Shown: positions 1-9,320, counted from the first letter of the stretch. The stretch is 38,573 bases of DNA from Candidatus Babelota bacterium (GCA_018897535.1 JAHIKO010000020.1:1-38573); one strand, 5' to 3'. Made by a program: numbers and translations. Notes: generated from the letters alone by a model not told the origin.

Positions 1-2785
1 ATGAAATTATAAATCCGGAAATTATGAAAGAAATTAATGTAATTAATTCTAAAATACCCAAATTTGCCGTTGGAGAAATAGGTATTACCCAGCGTTTAGA
101 TAGATCGCTAAAAAGGCTGGCAACTGTATAATTTAATTGCCAAATTCTTGTTATAAAAAAGAAGGCAATAAAACTTAATGCTAAAAATGTCAAAATTATA
201 AAAAATCCGTAATAAACTTTTGCTTGTTCAAACTTATTTACAATTTCATCATTTTCTTCTTTTAAGAAAAATGTTGATGACCATTTACGAATATAAGAAT
301 GTGCAATAAGAGCACCATATATTATCGACATTGATACAGGTATTGCAAAAGCGAGGTACCACGCCATATTGGAATATCCTATGTATGGATTTGATAAAAT
401 TAATAAACCCATAAATGATATAAACACCGGATAATAATATTTTTCTATTTTCTTGGTAAGCCATGAAAATATTGGGCCTTGAGATGGTATTAGAGTTAAA
501 ACATCTTCTTTGCCAAAGAATAATAAAATCATAACTACAAGTATTAAAGAATATGCTGCAGACATAACATTTGGAAATGAAGAAGGCATGTCTATATAAT
601 TCAAAAATGCTTGTCTTAAAGGTATTAATGTTGCCGTTGAATATAATATTGACGCAACTAGAAAAATAAATTTGCTTTCTGTTTTTTCAGCAAAAAATAA
701 ATAACTTAATTTTTCATTTAACATTTTTGCCGTTGCCAAGAGTTTACCGGACAAATATATCCATATAGGTATTGTTGCTATATAAAATACGGCAATTAAA
801 TATGGTGTTGCTAAAAATTCAATTGATGAAAAAATATATCGAAAATCGAATAATATGTGACAATATATAAAAAACCAACTAAATAAGAGTTTAAAGTTGT
901 TTAACGAAAATTCTAAAAAAGTACTTATGCTTATTAATAAATATACAATATTCTGATTATGTTTAGAAATTTTTATATTTTCTGAAACTATGTTTTGTAT
1001 GAGTAATAATATTTTTTTTGTAAAAAACATGAATAATATAAAAAATATCGCAAATATTAATAATCCAAAATAGTTTGGTAGATTTAAATTTTTTATATTT
1101 GTTACGATAATGTAAGGGTTTAGGTAACTTTGTGTATCCCAAAAAAGTTTTATCAAAAAGCTTTCAGCATCTTTTATTGCTTTTAATAGATCGGATAAAG
1201 TTATTGATTTTGGCGATCTTTTCCATATGTTTTCAGAGATATTTTTTGTTTGTAACTGTTTTTTTGTAAAATCTATAGTATTTTTAATCTCTTCTGCTGT
1301 ATTTTTTTGATCATTAATTATAGCAAAAGCCCTTGAATCCTTTATCGTTATTAAATTTATTTTAGCATCATTATAATTAATTATGGAATCTTCAAAAAAT
1401 TTTGTTTTATTTCTAAAAAGACCGGTTTTTTTGAGCTGTAACTCTTCTATTTTTGCTTTTACTTGATCTATTTTTCTAATTGTTTCTGTTTGTGTATTTA
1501 TTTCTTCATTTATCTTTCTGTCCAATTCCGTAATTTGAACCAATATTATATCTTTTTGGTTTTTAAAACTTTCAAGCCACGGTTTAATTAATGAATTTTC
1601 TAAATTACTTTGATAATATGCTTTTATCGAATCGTGTTGAAGTTTTTTTGCCGTTACATTTAAGTCTAAGCGGCTTTTTTCATAGTCGATTATTTTTAAG
1701 TAATTATTATGTTTATCTATTTCAGTTTGATATTTTAAAAGTAAACTTTCTTGGTAAATTTGTTCTGCTTGATCTTTTGTTTTACTTAAATCTGAATTTA
1801 ATGAATCTATTTTTTTCTTTAATTCTTCAATTTCTTTTTTTATAGGATTCTTTTTTTCTTCCCAAGAATCTTTGGCAATCTGACTTTTTTGTGATTCCAG
1901 GCTCCATTCTTGTTGTGCAATATTTACATCTTCTGCCGTTGGAATTAGATTTTTTTCAATTTCTTTTATTTCTTCACTTTTTTTCTCAATTTCTAATGTT
2001 AAAATTTGCAAATCACTATTTTTAAGAATTACCAATTCTTTTAGCTTTTTTATTTTTAATTTATAAGAAATATCTATTTCTGATAAAAGTATAATTTCTT
2101 CTTTTAATAAAGCTCTTTCATTTATTTTAATTTGTTCTCTAATGCCTTTGCCAATCTCTTCTTCTACTTGTTTTAATTTATCTTCCTGTGTTTGTTTTTG
2201 TAAATTATTGGATTCTAAAAATTTTAATTCCGTTTCTTGTTGTTTTTCCAATGTTTTAATCTTATCCTGCAAGCTTGTAAGCTCTGTTTTTTTTGTATAA
2301 AGATCTTTGGATGCTTCTTGAAATTCTTTCCACGAATATGAAGAACTTTGCTTAGCTTCTTTTGGTGTTTCTTTGTATGTAATAATTATTTTTAAATTTT
2401 TTATATTTTGTTCAATTGTGGTAACGATCTCTTTTAGTGATTCCAGTTGTGATAAAAGTGTTTGTTTTTTTTCATTTAAAAGGGTTATGAATTTTACTAA
2501 AAATTCTTTTTCACTCTCACTTGCCGTTTTTAGTTTTTCATCTATTTTTGAAAATTCACTTTGAATACTGTTTAATTTATTTGTGATATTTCTTTCTTCT
2601 GTGGCAAATTTTGCTTGTTCTTCGGATAATTTTGTTTCTTCTGTTTTTAAAAGATCTTTTTCGATAATTGTTATATCGTTTGATTTTATTATTGTTTTTG
2701 AAAAATCTGAATTTAAAGCATTAATTGGTGTGTAAAAATTTGAACTAAAAAAAATTGTAAATAATAAAATAAGCAGTTTAAACAT
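1..2785 (-). CDS. MscK/KefA-like mechanosensitive channel, N-terminal part; the C-terminus runs off the left edge of the window
   Basis: This gene is absent from the ORF track because it has no stop inside the window. Reading the reverse strand from the ATG (complement of 2783-2785), the frame stays open down to position 2. I checked it codon by codon for 2-142 and 1082-1141, and the lack of any listed minus-strand ORF here agrees. The translation starts MFKLLILLFTIFFSSNFYTPINA (signal peptide). It continues with about 560 aa of K/E/L/Q-rich coiled coil. From about nt 1080 downward there are successive hydrophobic helices (NYFGLLIFAIFFILFMFF, ATPYLIAVFYIATIPIWIYL, LGILELITLISFIISGFIIS). A signal peptide, long periplasmic coiled coil and multi-TM block is the MscK/MscM architecture. 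The diagnostic MscS pore domain would lie outside the window. Confidence 0.5.
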   Translation of the reverse strand, partial: MFKLLILLFTIFFSSNFYTPINALNSDFSKTIIKSNDITIIEKDLLKTEETKLSEEQAKFATEERNITNKLNSIQSEFSKIDEKLKTASESEKEFLVKFITLLNEKKQTLLSQLESLKEIVTTIEQNIKNLKIIITYKETPKEAKQSSSYSWKEFQEASKDLYTKKTELTSLQDKIKTLEKQQETELKFLESNNLQKQTQEDKLKQVEEEIGKGIREQIKINERALLKEEIILLSEIDISYKLKIKKLKELVILKNSDLQILTLEIEKKSEEIKEIEKNLIPTAEDVNIAQQEWSLESQKSQIAKDSWEEKKNPIKKEIEELKKKIDSLNSDLSKTKDQAEQIYQESLLLKYQTEIDKHNNYLKIIDYEKSRLDLNVTAKKLQHDSIKAYYQSNLENSLIKPWLESFKNQKDIILVQITELDRKINEEINTQTETIRKIDQVKAKIEELQLKKTGLFRNKTKFFEDSIINYNDAKINLITIKDSRAFAIINDQKNTAEEIKNTIDFTKKQLQTKNISENIWKRSPKSITLSDLLKAIKDAESFLIKLFWDTQSYLNPYIIVTNIKNLNLPNYFGLLIFAIFFILFMFFTKKILLLIQNIVSENIKISKHNQNIVYLLISISTFLEFSLNNFKLLFSWFFIYCHILFDFRYIFSSIEFLATPYLIAVFYIATIPIWIYLSGKLLATAKMLNEKLSYLFFAEKTESKFIFLVASILYSTATLIPLRQAFLNYIDMPSSFPNVMSAAYSLILVVMILLFFGKEDVLTLIPSQGPIFSWLTKKIEKYYYPVFISFMGLLILSNPYIGYSNMAWYLAFAIPVSMSIIYGALIAHSYIRKWSSTFFLKEENDEIVNKFEQAKVYYGFFIILTFLALSFIAFFFITRIWQLNYTVASLFSDLSKRWVIPISPTANLGILELITLISFIISGFIIS

Positions 2786-2802
2786 ACATATATCCTTTTT
2801 AT

Positions 2803-3441
2803 TTAAGCACAAATAGTTCTAAAAAATTTGAAATTTGGATGAGTTGCCAAACTTGCAATAATCCACTTATCTATTTTAGATATTTGTGCATTATTAATAT
2901 TTTGCAAATTTGTTTTTAATAATTTTAGTTGATTATTGTCAACAATATTAATATATGTAGACCTAATATTTATATATAGGCTCAAATATGTAATTAAATC
3001 GGTTGTTGGATAGAATCCCAAAAGTTCCAACAATTTAATAAGATATATTTTTTTGATTATTTCCAATTCGCTTGAAAAATTTCGGTTCAATAACATTATA
3101 TTGAAACAACTATAAATATGATCAAAAAGTTCTTTGTCAGGATTACTTAATGGCGCGAAATAATAGCAAATCTCAAGTATTTGATGTGCCCATTTTATAT
3201 TTAAATTTGTATCAAAATCCGGTGACATTAATATTTCCAAATCTTGTGCTATAAATATTTTTGAATTGTTTGCAAAATTTTCTTTATAAAAAGATAAAAG
3301 CATTCCGGGCCAAAGCTCAATTGTTTTGGCGGTTGGCCTTGTTATTATTTCTATTTTTCCGGATTCTTTTGTTAATACTGAAAGTTTGTTTTTATTTGGT
3401 AAAAATCTTTTTAAGACAAAACCGATTTCTTTTGTTTGCAC
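2803..3441 (-). CDS. recO: DNA repair protein RecO-like
   Basis: 212 aa. The N-terminal OB-fold pattern MQTKEIGFVLKRFLPNKNKLSVLTKESGKIEIITRPTAK...LLSFY matches the RecO N-terminus. A helical C-terminal half ends in LIKLLELLGFYP, resembling the RecO (L..LG) segment. The assignment is by eye and the protein is divergent. Confidence 0.55.
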   Translation of the reverse strand: MQTKEIGFVLKRFLPNKNKLSVLTKESGKIEIITRPTAKTIELWPGMLLSFYKENFANNSKIFIAQDLEILMSPDFDTNLNIKWAHQILEICYYFAPLSNPDKELFDHIYSCFNIMLLNRNFSSELEIIKKIYLIKLLELLGFYPTTDLITYLSLYINIRSTYINIVDNNQLKLLKTNLQNINNAQISKIDKWIIASLATHPNFKFFRTICA

Positions 3442-3443
3442 GA

Positions 3444-4559
3444 CTATATCTTAAGTAATTTTACACTATTAATTTCAGGATTTGGTTTATAAAGAAGTAT
3501 ATCTTTGGATTTTCTTAAAAATGTGTACATTGTGCCGGTGCTTTCCTTTTTAAAATCTTCAAAACTTATATTATTTGTTAAAAAATCAATTGCATCTTTA
3601 GAGCCTAACATTTTATAAAAAGAATCTGAATATTCCAATTTTACATTTTTTCTATTTTTTAAAAAAGTTGTAATTGTTAATAGTGTATTAAAATAAGAAT
3701 AATTTTTTATGTAATCCATATTTTCTATTTTTATTCCGGTAAATTCTTTATTATTTTCCATGTAATTATAATTTTTACAGATTAATCCTAATTTTAAACA
3801 TATTTTTTTAAAATAATTTATTTCCCAATCCGTAAGACTATTTTTAGGTAATAATATCGATCTGTCGGTTACTTTTTTATCTATAGAATTATTTATGGGT
3901 TTTATTTTGTTTAGCATATTTAATAAATTTTCCAAATAATCTTTATCATATTTATCGTTATTTGATCTTTGCCAACCAATCATTGGAATGACTGTAAGAT
4001 TTGATGGCTTTTTGATTGAATAATTATTAAAATATTTTGCAAGTTCCCCTGCAGTCAGTCCGTGTTGTAAAGGTATTTGACCGGGACCTTCTATAAATTT
4101 AGCTATAGGATTTGGTTGATCAAGAATAACGATTTGCTTATTGTATTCTTGGTTTAGTTCCAGTATTTTAAAAATGCTGTTATAGCAGTTATCACCCCTG
4201 ATGCCACTATTTTTTATGCTAACGATTATGCCGTCTATATTTTTATTTTTAAATATATTTTTTAAATTATTATTGTCAGTTAATGTTGTTTCTATTTTTA
4301 TATTAAAGTTTTTTAATATTTTAGCGTAATTTATAAAATCGTTTTTTTGTTCATTATCACATATAACGGTAAAATTTTTATTTTGTAGTTCAATAAATTT
4401 TCTTTTGTTTTTAATCAAATTTTCTATGCTGGAAATATAAATAGAATTTTTTTCCAAAATTTCTTTGTTTTTATCTTTGTTTGATATTATTTGAGGAATA
4501 TAAACAGCTAAGTACACCAAACATAAAAATTTTATAAATGAACTAAGTTTTTTATTCAT
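3444..4559 (-). CDS. DUF1343 family protein (NamZ/YbbC-like exo-beta-N-acetylmuramidase), secreted
   Basis: 371 aa with an N-terminal signal/anchor (FIKFLCLVYLAVYIP). Blocks DGIIVSIKNSGIRGDNCYNSI, IVILDQPNPI, IPLQHGLTAGELAKYFN and LTVIPMIGWQR line up with the conserved DUF1343 blocks (D.QDVG.R.YTY, LDRPNP, IP.RHGMT.GELA, M.GW.R). A G-rich SD (gggggaaagggtaggga on the coding strand) sits upstream of the ATG. Confidence 0.6.
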   Translation of the reverse strand: MNKKLSSFIKFLCLVYLAVYIPQIISNKDKNKEILEKNSIYISSIENLIKNKRKFIELQNKNFTVICDNEQKNDFINYAKILKNFNIKIETTLTDNNNLKNIFKNKNIDGIIVSIKNSGIRGDNCYNSIFKILELNQEYNKQIVILDQPNPIAKFIEGPGQIPLQHGLTAGELAKYFNNYSIKKPSNLTVIPMIGWQRSNNDKYDKDYLENLLNMLNKIKPINNSIDKKVTDRSILLPKNSLTDWEINYFKKICLKLGLICKNYNYMENNKEFTGIKIENMDYIKNYSYFNTLLTITTFLKNRKNVKLEYSDSFYKMLGSKDAIDFLTNNISFEDFKKESTGTMYTFLRKSKDILLYKPNPEINSVKLLKI

Positions 4560-4710
4560 GTCCCTACCCTTTCCCCCAAAAACTCATAACCTCAATTTAA
4601 AAATAAAACATTTAATGCTTGCTATGCAAGCTTTTTATTAAATAATTGCATTTGTGTTTATATATTTGTTTTACTATTTAAAAGATAATATTTGGGGAAG
4701 GGTTTTAAAA

Positions 4711-5841
4711 ATGAAAATAATTTCAAGATTATTATTTGTTTGTTTGCTTTTTTATTTAAATTTGAGTTCATATAGCCTTAATTCAGAAGAAATAAAAGCA
4801 TTAAATAAAAATGGACAAGTTATTAAACGGCAAGATGTTCTTAATTTTTTCAGGCCTGCAAATAAGGCGTTAACTGCCGAAAAAATAGATACGGACCCAA
4901 TAAAATTGCGTGAAGCTGCTATTTATTCTTTAAATTTATTAAATAGCAGTAAATCTAATTTATCCACCACCAATCCCTATATTTTAAATCAAAGACTTAT
5001 AAATATCGATCGAGTAAAAGAGACTTTAAAATTTATAATACAGTTAGTAGAAAACGATCAAAAAACCAATTATCCATATCGCATTTTGGATCCGGTGTTT
5101 TTAAATATACATTTTAGTTTTTTAAGATGGACCGGAGATAAAGAAAGTGCTAAAAATAATGGTAAAACTATTTTTAAAGATGCTATTTATTTGACTCACT
5201 ATGCAACGTTTGAAATAGTTGGGAGTTATCAACAAAGTGAAGAGTATAAATATGCTCTCTATTCGATTATTAACAAAAATTTTGAAAATGATCTAAGATT
5301 CAAAATATCAAAGCAAAATATTTTAAAGGGTACTTTGAATTTGCCTGAGTATAAAAATAAAGTTAAGCCATTGGTTTGGCTTTCAAGAGACGGGCTTGAA
5401 GAGGCTTTAATGCAGGGAACAGCTGTTGTTAAAATGCCAGATGATAAAGAATTTGTATTTTGTGTTGATAAAAATAATGGTTTTGCCTATGACAAAAATA
5501 TAAAAGATAGAAAAGATCAAAAACGATACTGGTATTTCAAGCCATTAAATAACAATCAAAAAAATAAAAGCTCAAATCTTTTGGATTTAGGTGGAGTTAT
5601 TTTTGCCGGAGATATTTATAATTTGGGGCTTGGAAAAATTATCGCTATAAGATATAAAAATAGAATTACTCGGGCAACAGAAATGCGTCTTGGCGTTTTG
5701 GCCGATTCCGGTGGAGCGTTTATTAATAATCTATATCAACTTGATTTTTATGGTGGTATTTTTACAAATTATGATGATTTTTATAGTTGGGTAAGACCGA
5801 TGCCTAAAAATGTTCAGGCATATATAGTTGTTAAAAAATAA
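4711..5841 (+). CDS. mltA: MltA-like membrane-bound lytic murein transglycosylase (3D-domain protein)
   Basis: The track ORF starts at GTG 4654. I prefer ATG 4711 (MKIISRLLFVCLLFYLNLSS, a signal peptide), which is preceded by ggggaagg. The C-terminal blocks LGVLADSGGAFINNLYQLDFYGGIF and VQAYIVVKK resemble the MltA 3D-domain end (L.VALDVGGAIKG...D.Y.G.G ... VWVLK). QGTAVVKMPDD resembles the QGSG..... block. Confidence 0.55.
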   Translation: MKIISRLLFVCLLFYLNLSSYSLNSEEIKALNKNGQVIKRQDVLNFFRPANKALTAEKIDTDPIKLREAAIYSLNLLNSSKSNLSTTNPYILNQRLINIDRVKETLKFIIQLVENDQKTNYPYRILDPVFLNIHFSFLRWTGDKESAKNNGKTIFKDAIYLTHYATFEIVGSYQQSEEYKYALYSIINKNFENDLRFKISKQNILKGTLNLPEYKNKVKPLVWLSRDGLEEALMQGTAVVKMPDDKEFVFCVDKNNGFAYDKNIKDRKDQKRYWYFKPLNNNQKNKSSNLLDLGGVIFAGDIYNLGLGKIIAIRYKNRITRATEMRLGVLADSGGAFINNLYQLDFYGGIFTNYDDFYSWVRPMPKNVQAYIVVKK

Positions 5842-5875
5842 AAAAAGCCCGGAAATTAATCCGGGCTTAAGTTTT
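5839..5875. terminator. Bidirectional intrinsic terminator between convergent mltA-like and hppA
   Basis: Perfect 9-bp stem aagcccgga (5845-5853) / tccgggctt (5860-5868) with loop aattaa. It is preceded by an A-tract and followed by a T-rich tail, so it reads as a hairpin plus U-tract on both strands. The stem is GC-rich in an AT-rich background. Confidence 0.6.
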
Positions 5876-5891
5876 ATTAATTAAATTAATA

Positions 5892-7874
5892 TTATAGTGT
5901 TGCTAGTAATAAAGAAATAACTGCCATTAATTTAATTAAAATATTCAAAGATGGTCCGGATGTATCTTTAAATGGATCGCCAACTGTATCACCAACTACA
6001 GCAGCTTTATGGGCATCTGAGCCTTTACCGCCAAAGTGACCTTCTTCAATATATTTTTTAGCATTATCCCATGCGCCACCGGCGTTTGCCATTGTGAGTG
6101 CAAGTAAAATTCCTGAAAGAGTTGCGCCTGCTAAGAATCCACCAAGAGCTATATTTCCCAAAGTATATTTTATTGCAACAGGTGCTCCAATTGTCAAAAT
6201 ACCCGGTAATATCATTTCTTTTAAAGCTGCATTTGTAGAAATTTCAATACATTTATTGTAGTCGGCATCAGCCTTACCTTCGGCAAGACCTTTTATAGAT
6301 TTAAATTGTCTTCTTACTTCAATAACCATTTGCCATGCAGCTTTGCCTACCGATTTCATAGTAAGAGCTGAAAGTAAAAATGGTAATGTGCTTCCAATAA
6401 ACATTCCAACTATTACTAGTGGATTTAAAATATCAATTCCCGGCATACCGGCTGTTTCGGAGTATGCTGCAAATATTGCCAATGCTGTTAACGCAGCAGA
6501 ACCTATTGCAAAGCCTTTACCTAGAGCTGCAGTCATATTTCCAAGAGCATCCAATTTATCTGTGATTTTTCTAACATTTGGACCAAATCCGGACATTTCT
6601 GATATTCCGCCTGCATTGTCTGCAATAGGGCCATATGCATCAACTGACATTGTAATACCAACGGTTGAAAGCATTGATACAGCTGCAATTGCTATTCCAT
6701 ATAATTCGCCAAAATATTTAAATGAAAAGAATATAATTAAAGCTAATGAAATTACAGGAGCTACAATTGATTCAAATCCAATTGATAAACCATAAATTAA
6801 ATTTGTTCCCGCACCTGTTTGTGATGATTCAGCAAGTTTTTGTACAGGTTTACCGCTTGTATAATAATCAGTTATGCGACCGATTATTACGCCTGATAAA
6901 GCACCCAATATTACGGCACCAAATAATTTAAGATCTATACCGACATATTTTACATAAGCATATGTTCCGGCAAGAAAGAAAATAATTGCTACATATGTAG
7001 AATTATGAAGCATTGAGCTTAATTTGCCTCTGAATAAAGGTATTGCAATTAAGCCAAATATTGAGCCAATTAAACCAATTGTAATAAGAACCAATGGTAA
7101 TGAAATATATAATAAATTTCCTGGAAATGCTGTAAATGCTAATGTCATTGCTGCCAATGTTGCGCCAACATAACTTTCGAAAATATCTGCACCCATACCG
7201 GCTGTATCACCAACGCAGTCACCAACATTGTCTGCAATTACGGCCGGATTTCTTGGATCGTCTTCAGGAATTCCCATTTCAATTTTACCGACAAGATCAG
7301 CTCCAACGTCAGCTGCTTTTGTAAATATTCCGCCACCAACACGAGCAAACAAGGCTATTGAGCTTGCTCCTAAACCGTAAACTGTAATAGCTTGTGCAAA
7401 GTTAACGTCAGTACTTTTTACAAATAAAAGAAACAATGATCCAAGTCCAATTAAGCCAAGAACAGCAACAACAAAACCCATTACGGCGCCACCAAAAATA
7501 GCGGTCATAAATGCTTTACGTTCTCCACTGTCTTTTGCGGCCATTGTTGTGGCAACGTTAGCTCTTGTTGCAGCTTTCATTCCAATGTAACCTGCAAGCA
7601 TTGAACTTATTGCTCCGGCAATATAAGCAAATCCAATAATTATGCTCTCTGTTGCGTATGATATAATCCCAAATGCAAAAACAATAAAAATTGCTAAAAT
7701 TGAATATTCTTTTTTAAGAAATGTCATTGCGCCATTTCTTATCAATTCAGCAATTTTTTCAGCTTTCTTATTTTCTATCTTTTGTTTTAAGATATTCCAA
7801 AATAACACTGCGACCACAAGTATTCCAAGAATGCTTGCGCCAAAAAACATTATTGAATAATGCATTAGCTCCAT
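5892..7874 (-). CDS. hppA: Membrane-integral ion-translocating inorganic pyrophosphatase
   Basis: 660 aa and highly hydrophobic. Signature blocks are [56 protein letters not shown] and [23 protein letters not shown]. Confidence 0.95.
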   Translation of the reverse strand: MELMHYSIMFFGASILGILVVAVLFWNILKQKIENKKAEKIAELIRNGAMTFLKKEYSILAIFIVFAFGIISYATESIIIGFAYIAGAISSMLAGYIGMKAATRANVATTMAAKDSGERKAFMTAIFGGAVMGFVVAVLGLIGLGSLFLLFVKSTDVNFAQAITVYGLGASSIALFARVGGGIFTKAADVGADLVGKIEMGIPEDDPRNPAVIADNVGDCVGDTAGMGADIFESYVGATLAAMTLAFTAFPGNLLYISLPLVLITIGLIGSIFGLIAIPLFRGKLSSMLHNSTYVAIIFFLAGTYAYVKYVGIDLKLFGAVILGALSGVIIGRITDYYTSGKPVQKLAESSQTGAGTNLIYGLSIGFESIVAPVISLALIIFFSFKYFGELYGIAIAAVSMLSTVGITMSVDAYGPIADNAGGISEMSGFGPNVRKITDKLDALGNMTAALGKGFAIGSAALTALAIFAAYSETAGMPGIDILNPLVIVGMFIGSTLPFLLSALTMKSVGKAAWQMVIEVRRQFKSIKGLAEGKADADYNKCIEISTNAALKEMILPGILTIGAPVAIKYTLGNIALGGFLAGATLSGILLALTMANAGGAWDNAKKYIEEGHFGGKGSDAHKAAVVGDTVGDPFKDTSGPSLNILIKLMAVISLLLATL

Positions 7875-8022
7875 AAGGACTCCTATAAAAATTGATTAAT
7901 AATCTGTTTATATACGATTTTAAAAGTTTAAATTAGTGCTGATTTTTGTAAAGATAATTTTAATTAAATGCTTTTAGCTGTTTAGATATCGTTAATTAAT
8001 AAATTAATATTGATTTTCGATA

Positions 8023-8058
8023 AATAAATATTGACATTCGATATTTATTGCGTATTAT
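8023..8058 (+). promoter_or_regulatory. Candidate sigma70-type promoter with an overlapping inverted repeat (putative operator) for the DUF2975/HTH operon
   Basis: TTGACA (8031-8036), a 16-nt spacer, then TATTAT (8053-8058), about 40 nt upstream of ATG 8097. A perfect 9-bp inverted repeat AATAAATAT (8023-8031) / ATATTTATT (8041-8049) straddles the -35. AT-only repeats are cheap in this genome, so confidence is moderate. Confidence 0.4.
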
Positions 8059-8096
8059 TATGTTTAATATTTAAATTTAATTTATTGGAGTTTTGT

Positions 8097-8630
8097 ATGA
8101 TTAATATAAAAAGATATGCATTGTTCTTAAAAATTATTCTAATTTTAGGTTGTATACCTACGTTTGTTCATGGATTTTTTAAAACGACCATTAATTGGAT
8201 AAATGGGCTTGTACCCAAAAATGTAGCAGCAGGGTTGGAAATTTTTTATCAGTCAATTACACCAACTGTAAAAGCTCTATGTATTTTTATTGATGTTGTT
8301 ATTCCATCTATTATTTTGATCTTTGGATTTATTTATTTTGTAAAAATTTTGAATTTATTTAAAAAGGGTGAAATTTTTTCAAAACCAGTTTTTTTATGTT
8401 TTAAACGACTGGCCAGAGTTGCTTTTATTTGGGTTATTTATAGTCCGATAAGTTTTATTTTACTGGGCTTAATTGTTACAATGAATAATCCAAAGGGGTC
8501 TCGTTACTTGGCTATTGGCTTTAATACACAAGATATTTTAAATATTATTGTTTTTGGTTTTTTTTCGATAATTACATCAATTATGTATGAAGGCTTGGTT
8601 CTTAAAAAACAATCAGATCTAACGGTGTGA
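8097..8630 (+). CDS. DUF2975-like multi-pass membrane protein
   Basis: The track ORF begins at TTG 8031, which is the putative -35 box. ATG 8097 (MINIKRYALFLKIILILGCIP) is preceded by ttggag. There are four or more hydrophobic helices. Its stop overlaps the start region of a YozG-type HTH gene, which is the conserved DUF2975/YozG gene-pair arrangement. Confidence 0.55.
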   Translation: MINIKRYALFLKIILILGCIPTFVHGFFKTTINWINGLVPKNVAAGLEIFYQSITPTVKALCIFIDVVIPSIILIFGFIYFVKILNLFKKGEIFSKPVFLCFKRLARVAFIWVIYSPISFILLGLIVTMNNPKGSRYLAIGFNTQDILNIIVFGFFSIITSIMYEGLVLKKQSDLTV

Positions 8631-8632
8631 TT

Positions 8633-8842
8633 ATGAAAATAATAGTAAAATTGGATGAAATGATGGCTCGACGCAAAATTAGATTGAATGAACTTGCGCA
8701 AGAAGTTGGAATTACTGAAGCAAATTTATCGATTTTAAAAAACGGAAGGGCAAAAGCAATTAGATTTTCTACGTTAGAATCTTTATGTAAAGTTTTGGAA
8801 TGCCAACCTGGGGACATTTTAGAATTTGATACAAAAGATTAA
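8633..8842 (+). CDS. XRE-family helix-turn-helix transcriptional regulator, YozG-like
   Basis: MKIIVKLDEMMARRKIRLNELAQEVGITEANLSILKNGRAKAIRFSTLESLCKVLECQPGDILEF is a near-textbook YozG/Cro-C1-type small HTH (..LA...GI....LS.L.NGK.K.I....L..IC..L.C.PGDIL). I prefer ATG 8633 to the GTG at 8627. Confidence 0.8.
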   Translation: MKIIVKLDEMMARRKIRLNELAQEVGITEANLSILKNGRAKAIRFSTLESLCKVLECQPGDILEFDTKD

Positions 8843-8889
8843 AAGCTAAATCTTAAGTATATATTTTAACTATAATAAGAAAGGTAAAT

Positions 8890-9258
8890 ATGAAAATTTT
8901 AAAATATTCGTTAATTTTTTTAATATCTTTTATGGCTCTAAATGCTGGAGGCGAAAAGGATACAAAAATTAATGATCAAAATTCTTTTGAAGAATTTATA
9001 AAAGATAAAACGGCAGAAGACATTAGAAATATAAAAATAGTATTTGAAATCTCCGAAAAAGATGCAAAAAATGAGGTTTGGCAAAATGTTTTTGATCAAT
9101 TTGTAAAATGTGCTCGTATTATGCCTGAAAAAGATAAAAATTTTAATGATATTTTTAAATCAATTACAGAGTTTCTTTTATTTTTAGCAGAGCAAAAGGA
9201 TAATCTATCCGGAGGAATAAGTTTACTTGCTGAACCAAAAATAAGCGCAAAAAATTAG
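8890..9258 (+). CDS. Small secreted hypothetical protein
   Basis: 122 aa with signal peptide MKILKYSLIFLISFMALNAGG. The mature part is helical and K/E/D-rich. aaggtaaat lies upstream of the ATG. I recognise no family. Confidence 0.5.
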   Translation: MKILKYSLIFLISFMALNAGGEKDTKINDQNSFEEFIKDKTAEDIRNIKIVFEISEKDAKNEVWQNVFDQFVKCARIMPEKDKNFNDIFKSITEFLLFLAEQKDNLSGGISLLAEPKISAKN

Positions 9259-9284
9259 AAAGTTTATTTATTTATATTAGTCTT

Positions 9285-9320
9285 GGCCACCGCGTAAAAA
9301 ACGGTGGCCGTTTGCGTTTG
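9285..9320 (+). terminator. Intrinsic terminator after the small secreted protein gene
   Basis: GC-rich 8-bp stem ggccaccg (9285-9292) / cggtggcc (9302-9309) with loop cgtaaaaaa, followed by gtttgcgttt. Confidence 0.6.

Noticed and set aside
1591-2564. Plus-strand ORFs 1591-1845 and 2373-2564 from the track.
   Set aside because: Their low-complexity F/L/S-rich translations are the mirror image of the K/E-rich coiled-coil codons on the minus strand. They are shadow ORFs inside the long minus-strand MscK-like frame.
4654-4710. Long N-terminal extensions suggested by the track starts: 4654 for mltA-like, 8031 for DUF2975, 17752 for FKBP and 31415 for the small protein.
   Set aside because: In each case an internal ATG with a proper SD begins a signal peptide or TM helix. 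The upstream extension either overlaps a neighbouring gene or, at 8031, coincides with the likely -35 box.
6343-7860. Plus-strand ORFs antisense to hppA (6343-6795, 6746-6931, 7136-7324, 7642-7860).
   Set aside because: They lie entirely within a gene with unmistakable membrane-PPase motifs. They have no SD or family resemblance and are typical shadow frames. The same reasoning applies to the other antisense ORFs in the track, for example 10727-10990, 14741-14977, 15671-15964, 17830-18669, 19369-19731, 20564-21237, 22964-23479, 24477-25498, 26684-27489, 29359-29580, 31096-31314, 31950-32162, 33379-33573, 33849-34124, 35057-35251 and 36399-36644.
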